Shown one piece after another: positions 8,801-15,596 of a DNA stretch of 23,020 nt. The DNA lies in contig JAHPZE010000047.1 of assembly GCA_019058365.1 (NCBI GenBank), positions 1-23,020 of the forward strand, read 5' to 3'. The translations under genes were made by a program, and so were the position numbers. Numbering within the stretch: the first letter of the stretch is position 1; each line of letters begins with the position of its first letter. The notes below the pieces were generated by a model. It searched no databases. It saw only the letters and a list, made by a program, of their open reading frames with translations, and was not told the origin of the DNA. The DNA is from Promethearchaeota archaeon. GTDB taxonomy: Archaea > Asgardarchaeota > Lokiarchaeia > Sigyniarchaeales > SOKP01.

Positions 8801-11146
8801 CAAGAACATACCGCTCAATTAACTTCAGATTATGCTACAGAGGTTCAGCAAAAATTTATTGACGGAGATATTAACATTTTAAGTTGTTCTACTACTTTTG
8901 AATTGGGAGTTGATTTAGGTACTTTAGAGGCCATTTTTTTACGTAATGTACCCCCTGAACCTTCAAATTACGTCCAACGAGCTGGTAGGGCGGGAAGACG
9001 ATTGGATACAATCGGATATACAATAACTTTTGCTCATTTAAGATCTCATGATCTTTCATACTTTAAAACTCCAGAAAAAATGATAGATGGAAGAATTAAA
9101 CCCCCAGAACTCTCCCTTACAAATCAAAAAATTGTTCGACGACATATTCATTCGATTGTTTTAGCTAAATTCTTTCAACTATACGAAAAATTGTATGGAA
9201 GTATAGAAAGTTTTCTTCATCTGAGTGAAGATTTTTCAGGAATTCAACTACTAAAAGATTATTTAGAATCTAAGCCTCAATCGATTCTGACTTCTATAAA
9301 GAGAGTTGTACCAGAACTCGTGAAACAGTATTTTTGTCTAGACACATGGGAATGGGTAGAAGGATTAGTCGGAAGAAATGGTACATTAACAACTGCTGAA
9401 GAAAAGATAACGCTTGAGTATGATTTTTTATCGGATTATTATAACCAAAAACAACAGCAGTGGATTAAGACTTCAAATCAGGATGAAAAGGACAAATTTA
9501 ACAGTGATATGAGATGGGCTAATAAAAGAATTGAAACAATTAAGAAAAAAAACTTAATCGATTTTTTAGCTTCAAATACAGTCATTCCGAAATATGGATT
9601 CCCCGTAGATGTTGTAGATCTACTAGTACTCTCCAAAAGCCCTGCTGCAAAACAAATTGAATTAGAGCGAGACCTAAGAATTGGATTATCTGAATTTGCT
9701 CCTGGAAGTGAAGTCGTAGCGAATAAATATATTTGGAAAAGTGAAGGTCTCAGAGTTCTCCGTAACAGGACGTGGACCATTTATTGGTATGCAATATGCC
9801 CTTATTGTGAACGAATATTTATGGAATTGGGGTCTTTAAAAGAAAAACCCCCCAAAATCTCATGTAATATTCATGGTTCTTTAAATAAATATAGATATCG
9901 ATTTATAATTCCAGAATTTGGATTTACTACAAATATTCAAACTCCGCCTAGAAATGCAGCTTTGTTTCGACCAAGAAAACAGTTTACCACAAGACCTTAT
10001 TTCTATGATTACGGTGAGGTTGAACAGAAAGAGATTTCTATTAAAAAGCTTAAGATTAACATAAAATATGGAAAGCACGGTGAATTAGCAGTTATATGTA
10101 AAGGTAAGGAAGGAGTTGGATTCCGTATATGCCCTTCGTGTGGTGCTGCATTTGCGTATGACAAAAGACTTACTAGCACTCATATATCTCCTTTTGGCTG
10201 GGAATGTAAACGTACGGTTTTTGGACCTAGAATACATTTAGGTCATAAATTTATGACAGATGTAGTTTCTTTAACCTTCATTAAACCTCAAATAAGGGAA
10301 AATCAATATTTTGGTCTTTCACTCCTTTATGGCGTTCTTCAAGGAATAAGTAAAGGATTAGGAATTAAAAGAAATGATCTTGATGGATGTTTACACCAAA
10401 CAAAAGAGGGAATGGTGTTAATTCTGTTTGATAACGTGCCAGGGGGCGCGGGACATGTTAGAAGACTATTACAAGAAGAGAATTTATATAAAGTTTTTGA
10501 AAGTACATTAAGTGTATTAGAAAACTGTTCATGCGGTCCTGAGACCAGCTGTTATAGCTGCTTGAGAAATTATCAAAATCAGTTTTGCCACCATCTTTTA
10601 AGAAGGGGGTTAGTCTCAAAATTTCTTAAAGATTATCTAGGCTATGAAAAAGAGAAGAAAAAACAAAAAGAAATAGATGATAAACTTTTAGTCAGCATTG
10701 GAAGGCAAGGGGAACAAAATGCTTATAACTATATAAGAAAATTAAAAATAGAAGAATTAAGGGTGGATGAGGATCCAGAAACAATTATTATTGATAAAAA
10801 GGATGGATTTATAATTAAATGTCAAGAGAAGGAATTAATTGATGTAACATGGGAAAATGCTATTGAAGAAAAATATAAGGGTTATGATATTAGTTATAGG
10901 GACGATAATAAAATAAAACATTATATAGAAGTAAAATCCACCACCTCCTCTTCAAGAAGCTGGTTTAATATTACTGAAAACGAATGGAAATATTTCTTAG
11001 ATAAAAAAGAGAGGTATTTTATATTCAGAGTATATAATGTCGAATTGGGAAAATTAAATAATGAAAATATCGAGATCATTAAAAATCCGTATAAAGAATG
11101 GATTGAGGGTAAAATAATGGCATATCCATATAAATTAGAGATATAA
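5819..11146 (+). CDS. DEAH-box SF2 helicase (YprA/MrfA/DruE-like) with DUF1998 Zn domain and C-terminal DUF3883-type PD-(D/E)XK nuclease
   Basis: Helicase motifs: Q LYLHQ, I GTGSGKTE, Ia YPMNALANDQ, Ib ILITNYAMLE, II LDEAH, III ATSAT, IV AFSDSRQ, V STTFELGVDLG, VI YVQRAGRAGRR. DUF1998: FDNVPGGAG...CSC..SCYSCLRNYQNQ. DUF3883: IGRQGEQNAY...GYDISY...YIEVKST...ITENEW. Confidence 0.9.
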   Translation: MPINPIELTKDIQQNYANYLSGTFYIKDQNLRNIIIKEIESYPFIKGPYLESIPPFKKGEYLKDFIKKGLLSNIFTNFIYEALPYLRDNPLYLHQDKAIRKLLDNRNLIISSGTGSGKTECFLITIYNHLLREYEENMYLEPGVRALLLYPMNALANDQLRRLREITKVMEEKIPDVKITFGRYTGDTKDESRESATQRFMQRFPNQTPAENELLTRGEMQETPPHILITNYAMLEYLLIRPGDKKFFDGEYAKSWKFLVLDEAHIYNGAKGIEMALLIRRLKDRVCKNMKGDLLCIATSATLVSEAEDYTKVTKFASDLFGELFEWDENEKNKQDIIEGKRLDIELSQATESFPLNIYSSLHSLIFEESIDKVQSIYDMLKEQGIEKEILEVARKESNRDLKKFVYNFLAFDKRILDLKMILKDGSKDLDKFMKIILQKENPSKTERQSIIDLINLSVWAKIDDDSLPLLPARYHLFIRAPEGIFISFYPTEQIFLERREETHDKKPVFELAACRRCGQEYFVGFIKDNELKHSFSELPLSERGNDKITNQYFIFWPKSIEFEEDEDQEISLPEDLSIKGEQWELCIKCGRIYKNDELKCKCQDDVPIKRTLIEIKPKNIELNKCYSCSHRSPFGIVRKFIFNQNDLNSVLVTVLYQNLNKTIIENNELKKILAFSDSRQGAAYFAPFLQAEYDKILFRRLIIKALDANIKYKDYGLSSLYQDVSMLARNYNLLEHNLDDKQRSQIVWRWIIHEFCALFDNKRNSLERVGMLFFKPSTPKNWVPPPELLNPPWSLTEQEVINLYYFLLNTMRYNFAITLPSEVGLDPSDAFFRPLNKEYKFRGEISDSKKHIHSFIPSKRYLNSRLDIVKKLFNKIVNRNDEDNEYKKILGIIWNDLRSNWRGHGIFGFNIPKEGIVFQLDHNYWRVVRRRQDEQWYFCDKCGIILPFSVRGVCPTFNCLGEVRIIDTEFEKSLKYNFYRTMYSKFNPIKMISQEHTAQLTSDYATEVQQKFIDGDINILSCSTTFELGVDLGTLEAIFLRNVPPEPSNYVQRAGRAGRRLDTIGYTITFAHLRSHDLSYFKTPEKMIDGRIKPPELSLTNQKIVRRHIHSIVLAKFFQLYEKLYGSIESFLHLSEDFSGIQLLKDYLESKPQSILTSIKRVVPELVKQYFCLDTWEWVEGLVGRNGTLTTAEEKITLEYDFLSDYYNQKQQQWIKTSNQDEKDKFNSDMRWANKRIETIKKKNLIDFLASNTVIPKYGFPVDVVDLLVLSKSPAAKQIELERDLRIGLSEFAPGSEVVANKYIWKSEGLRVLRNRTWTIYWYAICPYCERIFMELGSLKEKPPKISCNIHGSLNKYRYRFIIPEFGFTTNIQTPPRNAALFRPRKQFTTRPYFYDYGEVEQKEISIKKLKINIKYGKHGELAVICKGKEGVGFRICPSCGAAFAYDKRLTSTHISPFGWECKRTVFGPRIHLGHKFMTDVVSLTFIKPQIRENQYFGLSLLYGVLQGISKGLGIKRNDLDGCLHQTKEGMVLILFDNVPGGAGHVRRLLQEENLYKVFESTLSVLENCSCGPETSCYSCLRNYQNQFCHHLLRRGLVSKFLKDYLGYEKEKKKQKEIDDKLLVSIGRQGEQNAYNYIRKLKIEELRVDEDPETIIIDKKDGFIIKCQEKELIDVTWENAIEEKYKGYDISYRDDNKIKHYIEVKSTTSSSRSWFNITENEWKYFLDKKERYFIFRVYNVELGKLNNENIEIIKNPYKEWIEGKIMAYPYKLEI

Positions 11147-11316
11147 TCTAAAATTTTCCAACTAAAAAACAATGGAAGCTACGCTCAAATTTTTTGATCT
11201 TGGATTTTATTTTCATTAAATCTCCTCTATCCAGTAATTTAAATGATAAACTAAGAATAAAGTGTATGTCTTTAAAAAAAATTTAATTAATTCACATAAA
11301 TTTTCTTAGATTTTGC

Positions 11317-11448
11317 CTACTTTTTAGTTCTCTTATCCGTTGAACTCATAGTACGGGATTTAAAACCTTTATCGCCTTTTGAGCCTTTTTTATCTTGACT
11401 CGATTGAATCCTTCTTGCGGCTTTTGGAGTCATCTTACTTTTTGCCAT
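11317..11448 (-). CDS. 43-aa basic hydrophilic protein, SMP/LEA-like 'RIQS' family (absent from the ORF track)
   Basis: MAKSKMTPKAARRIQSSQDKKGSKGDKGFKSRTMSSTDKRTKK*, preceded by a strong GAGGTGGT RBS at 11456-11463; locally elevated GC. Confidence 0.7.
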   Translation of the reverse strand: MAKSKMTPKAARRIQSSQDKKGSKGDKGFKSRTMSSTDKRTKK

Positions 11449-11477
11449 ACTTTTTACCACCTCTTTTTATGCTATTA

Positions 11478-11891
11478 TTATCTTTTTATAAGTTTACCAC
11501 ATATAGGGCATTCATACCAGTTAAATTCTTTTAATAGAATCATTATTTCGTTGCATTTTGTACAATAAATCCCTGATATTTTGTTTTCACTGGCATTTTT
11601 TGGAGATTCAGAGCTTGATATATGATTCTTTTTCGAGAACTTTATTGATGGTTTTAATTGAAATATTGTTACTCCATTATCAGAAAAGTCTTTACTGATT
11701 ATTATATGCCCATTCTGATTAGCATCGTTTAAAAAAATGTCTGAACGGATATGGTCTCTTATTCTAGTACCATGTTTATGCCCATGTATTATTTCTAACA
11801 TATTATCTCCAATTTCCTTACATTCATCAAATTTGAACATTATCTCATCTATTGCATCTTTTAAAAAGAGCTTATGTACATCTAGTTTCAT
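11478..11891 (-). CDS. Smr (MutS2 C-terminal-like) domain protein with C-terminal zinc ribbon
   Basis: MKLDVH...A...LEIIHGHKHGTRIR...NGVTIF Smr pattern; C-terminal CTKC...WYECPICG. Confidence 0.8.
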   Translation of the reverse strand: MKLDVHKLFLKDAIDEIMFKFDECKEIGDNMLEIIHGHKHGTRIRDHIRSDIFLNDANQNGHIIISKDFSDNGVTIFQLKPSIKFSKKNHISSSESPKNASENKISGIYCTKCNEIMILLKEFNWYECPICGKLIKR

Positions 11892-11940
11892 TTCGCTTGG
11901 ATTTATGGATTATTGTATAATATTAGTCAATTTTATCTAT

Positions 11941-12006
11941 ATTCTATTTTGATTTCCTACCAATATAAATTTTAGTGTATAAATTCAAGAGTAGGGAATC
12001 TAGAAT
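11941..12006. other. Intergenic imperfect inverted repeat / stem-loop
   Basis: ATTCTA(tttt)GATTTCCTAC - 30 nt - GTAGGGAATC TAGAAT. Confidence 0.45.
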
Positions 12007-12017
12007 AACTAAATTAC

Positions 12018-13121
12018 TTAATTTTTAATATTCATTGCTTTTTTAAGATAGTCCTCAAGGTTTTCTCGACAATCTTCAGTGAGCGTAAATTTTTTAGCAG
12101 ATTGAGAAATCAATAATCTAATTTCTATTAATTTTTCAATCGCATTAGCTAATTTTCTATTAGAATAAGACAATATTCCTTCTTTTTTGGCAGAACGTAA
12201 AAGGTTATGTAAATAACTATATTTATGTTCCTGCTTATCCTCATTTTTACCAGTGGTATAGGCATTTATAATTATTTCGAATATTTTTCGCCAGTCTTCT
12301 TTATCAATTATATCTTTAAGATTGGGGCTTAATTCTGATTCTACATGAGGATCTTCCTCAGGTAGGAAAATTTCCATAAAACCTTCAATAATTTCTGTTT
12401 TTATCTTCCCCTTTTCTTCTGCTGCTGCTACGAATTTGCTAAAAGAATTAAAAGTTTTTGTCTTATCATCTGGTTCTTGAACCATTGATGCTCCTTTATA
12501 ATCAAAATTCGAAGAACTTCGCATTAGATTATCTATTAAGGCACTTCGCGTCGTTTTACTGTTTTCTCTTGCAAGTTGTATAGTCTCTATTAACCAATCT
12601 ACTGCAGTATCAAAGGGAATTGGCTTTTCTTTTTTTTTAAATATCTTAATTTTTGAAAAATCTCGAGCTTTATACATTTTAGAAAGTTCTCCAAGAGAAA
12701 GAAAATCATCAGCACTTAATAATAAATGCTCACTTATATTATGGGTATCACCAATTATTATAACTTTTCTACGATTTGCTTTAAGAGCATTCACTAATGA
12801 AATAAAATCCTTATCACCTGTTAATAATATGAAACAATTAATTTCAGGATATAATTGAGCAGTTTCAAGACAATCAACAGCAATTTTTACATCTACACTA
12901 TTCGGTTTTCCCATAGATACTTGAATCGCATCAAATCCCAAACTATAGAGGGCTTGAATAATCTCTTTATTAATTCCTGCCCAATCTGAATAAACTTTTT
13001 TTACTCGAAGGTGACCTAGTGATTCAGAGTATTTTATTAAAGCTTCTGCGATAGGTACATTAATACCTTTTGCTACTACTCGAACATTTTCATAGTCCCA
13101 AAAAATAGCTACTTCATCCAT
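12018..13121 (-). CDS. NYN (LabA/DUF88, PIN-like) ribonuclease with C-terminal LOTUS/OST-HTH-like and wHTH-like domains
   Basis: AIFWDYENV, VYSDW, KPNSVDVKIAVD, LLTGDKDFISLV, LLLSADDF; later FNSFSKFVAAAEEKGKI is LOTUS-like. Confidence 0.85.
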   Translation of the reverse strand: MDEVAIFWDYENVRVVAKGINVPIAEALIKYSESLGHLRVKKVYSDWAGINKEIIQALYSLGFDAIQVSMGKPNSVDVKIAVDCLETAQLYPEINCFILLTGDKDFISLVNALKANRRKVIIIGDTHNISEHLLLSADDFLSLGELSKMYKARDFSKIKIFKKKEKPIPFDTAVDWLIETIQLARENSKTTRSALIDNLMRSSSNFDYKGASMVQEPDDKTKTFNSFSKFVAAAEEKGKIKTEIIEGFMEIFLPEEDPHVESELSPNLKDIIDKEDWRKIFEIIINAYTTGKNEDKQEHKYSYLHNLLRSAKKEGILSYSNRKLANAIEKLIEIRLLISQSAKKFTLTEDCRENLEDYLKKAMNIKN

Positions 13122-13410
13122 ATATAAAACTTCTTTTGATTATTACTGTTGAATATTTTTATCTTAACATAGTAACAATTATCTGAATTTTTATATTTAT
13201 TTCATGTTTTGGTTTAAAAACCATAATCTCCTATTTTCGAAATCTAATATGATAAATAAAATAACAATATTATATAGATAAAAATAAATAATTTCAACGA
13301 ATTAGGGATAACCTGAATCCTACCAATCACCGAGATAGAATAAAAGGATGTTTTTATGTATTAGGATTAATATGAATTGAATAATATTAAATACATTCTA
13401 CATTAAGAAC

Positions 13411-15300
13411 TTAATTGATGATTTTTTGTTTTAATATATTAGATATTACATCATCAGTATCTTTTATTTTCTTATTTTCTTCTATTTTATCTTTTAATTT
13501 AAATAGTCTTACTTTAGCTATATTAATTACATTCATATATGTTTTAGCTTCAATAATTATATTTCTCTCATTTAAATTTTTACCAGCAACATATTTCCCA
13601 ATTTTTGTACCCAGAACATAACAAATGATACCATCTCTACTTTCAAGATGCCCTTCCTCATCTAAATATAGGCAATAATCTTCAGCTTGATGCATATTAT
13701 CTTTATTTAAAGTCGAACCTCCTTTTTTGAGTTCTAAAATTAAAATTTTTCCTACTCCTTCTGGTTCTCCTTTTAGACTGTATTTATCAGTAGAATATAT
13801 CCCTAGTGAAAAATCGTTTGGTATAATAACAAAATCTGGTCTATCCAATATTTTGTTTTTATATTTTTTGTTAAAAAATCTTTTAATAACAGTAATTAAT
13901 GGTTTATTAGATGTATATTGAATTGTATCATATTCTGGTCCAAAAATCCATAATGCTTTTTCAAAGATTGGTTGAAGTTCATGTAACTCATCAGATAGAC
14001 GCTCAGTAAGCACTTCCAAATTCTCTATAAAATCAATTCTACGATAAATCTCAGTAAGAATTATTTTTGCATCTCTTATACTCCAATTTGATAATATTTC
14101 ATTAAGATCTTCAAGTTCCGCTGTTTCTAATTTAGCTAAATTGCTCAATAAATCATATCTTATATTACTTTTCTCAAGATTTATGAGAATCTTCAACAAA
14201 TTCTCTAGATCACTATCATTCAAGTGGGGACAATTTGTTAGGACTTGATCTATAAAAGTACCAATAAAATCTCTTGAATTAATATCTAAGTTATGTAATT
14301 CACGGATTTCAGCTTGTAAAATATTAAATTTTCTCTCTGTTTTTTTTTTCTGAAATAAAGAATCGAGTTTTTTTATTAAATAATCAGATAATTCCTTATG
14401 AATTGCCTTATAACGCTTAGTTTCCTCAAATCCAGTCCAATCGTCTTTAACATCTTCTTGTAGAAAATCTGCGATGATAATAAACACATATTCACGAGCT
14501 TCTCGATATCTTCGATCTAATTTCTCTCCTTCCGCTATTGTCCAAGTAAGGTTACCTACTGTACGATTATTAACCCACCATTGGATTCCATTCTGTTGTG
14601 CTGTTCTTCCTCTCTTAGTTTTAATAATTTTAATCTTAACATCTCCAAATTCAGTAGGTATATTTTCATCAATAATTAAATGTCCTATATCCTCCTCTGT
14701 TATAATATTCCCATTAACATATTTTGTAAAGGAAGGATCTGAAAAGAATTTTGAACCAATTAAATTAATAACCATTTTCTCATTTAACGACAAAATTTTC
14801 TTTAAATTAGTAGAGATTCTCGTTCCAGTCTTCTTATCACTAATCTCCTTATCTTCTACTAAGTGTTCGATATCAAAGGGTTGATTTTTTTGTTCAACCT
14901 TAAATTTATTGTAAAAACCATTTTTACATGTCTCTACGATATATGAATTAGAAAAGCAATACATTGCAAATCTACCTTTTCCATTTCTTCCATAAGCAAC
15001 TCGATTAGCAGGCGTTCCATCAGGAAAGAAAACTTCATTGCCTTGATGCTTTTCCCTGTCATAGCCTATTCCACTCCATCGATAAATAAATTCTTCTTTT
15101 ATCATTCCATTACCATCATCACTAATAATAAAGCTCCTTTCTTCATCATTTCCAATAGTAATGTATACATTTCTAGCTCCTGCATCATAACAGTTAGCAA
15201 TTAGCTCAATTATTGCAATTTCCCAGTTATTTATGATGTTTCGTGCAAAACCCTTAACAAATCTGGAACCAAACCAATTAGTTATTTGTTTAGTAGACAT
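13411..15300 (-). CDS. GHKL (MORC/HATPase_c_3-like) ATPase fused to a C-terminal PD-(D/E)XK nuclease
   Basis: GHKL boxes IIELIANCYDA, ISDDGNGM, GRNGKGRFA, TGTRI; nuclease motifs LWIFGPEY, RPDFVI, ILILELKK, QAEDY. Confidence 0.85.
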   Translation of the reverse strand: MSTKQITNWFGSRFVKGFARNIINNWEIAIIELIANCYDAGARNVYITIGNDEERSFIISDDGNGMIKEEFIYRWSGIGYDREKHQGNEVFFPDGTPANRVAYGRNGKGRFAMYCFSNSYIVETCKNGFYNKFKVEQKNQPFDIEHLVEDKEISDKKTGTRISTNLKKILSLNEKMVINLIGSKFFSDPSFTKYVNGNIITEEDIGHLIIDENIPTEFGDVKIKIIKTKRGRTAQQNGIQWWVNNRTVGNLTWTIAEGEKLDRRYREAREYVFIIIADFLQEDVKDDWTGFEETKRYKAIHKELSDYLIKKLDSLFQKKKTERKFNILQAEIRELHNLDINSRDFIGTFIDQVLTNCPHLNDSDLENLLKILINLEKSNIRYDLLSNLAKLETAELEDLNEILSNWSIRDAKIILTEIYRRIDFIENLEVLTERLSDELHELQPIFEKALWIFGPEYDTIQYTSNKPLITVIKRFFNKKYKNKILDRPDFVIIPNDFSLGIYSTDKYSLKGEPEGVGKILILELKKGGSTLNKDNMHQAEDYCLYLDEEGHLESRDGIICYVLGTKIGKYVAGKNLNERNIIIEAKTYMNVINIAKVRLFKLKDKIEENKKIKDTDDVISNILKQKIIN

Positions 15301-15596
15301 TATAATAGATAAAAAGTATTTTTTTAGTTATTTACTATTTTTGTCTATATTATAATATTATTGGATATAATATAAATTAGATTTGTTAATTAAATTTCTA
15401 ATTTAGGTTCTTAAATTTAAGTAATCATATATTAGGGTTTATATCCTACAAATTTATAATAGAAAAGTTCATTCCATCCCTACTTTTTTAGGAGGGGCAA
15501 CACGGGGGAGGGAAATCCTCAGGAAATTTCAAGAAGTTCTGAAACAATAGAGGTATTTGGATGCGTTTTTAGGAGGAATTACTTGTTTTATTTTAT

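Noticed and set aside
5819-11146. Assignment as canonical DISARM, or use of the gene symbol druE
   Set aside because: DUF1998 is fused to the helicase rather than a separate DrmB, no DrmC/methyltransferase is present, and orthology to DruE cannot be confirmed without HMM searches
1874-11172. Short ORFs 1874..2059, 2385..2633, 3070..3333, 4359..4556, 7209..7415, 8233..8481, 9478..9780, 9881..10078, 10921..11172
   Set aside because: They overlap long, better-supported genes on the opposite strand or in another frame, have F/L/I/S-biased composition and show no motifs
11941-12006. Integron attC site
   Set aside because: Lacks the RYYYAAC/GTTRRRY core boxes, and no integron integrase is in the window
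15470-15580. tRNA or SECIS element
   Set aside because: No cloverleaf or T-loop consensus, and no adjacent ORF needing UGA read-through
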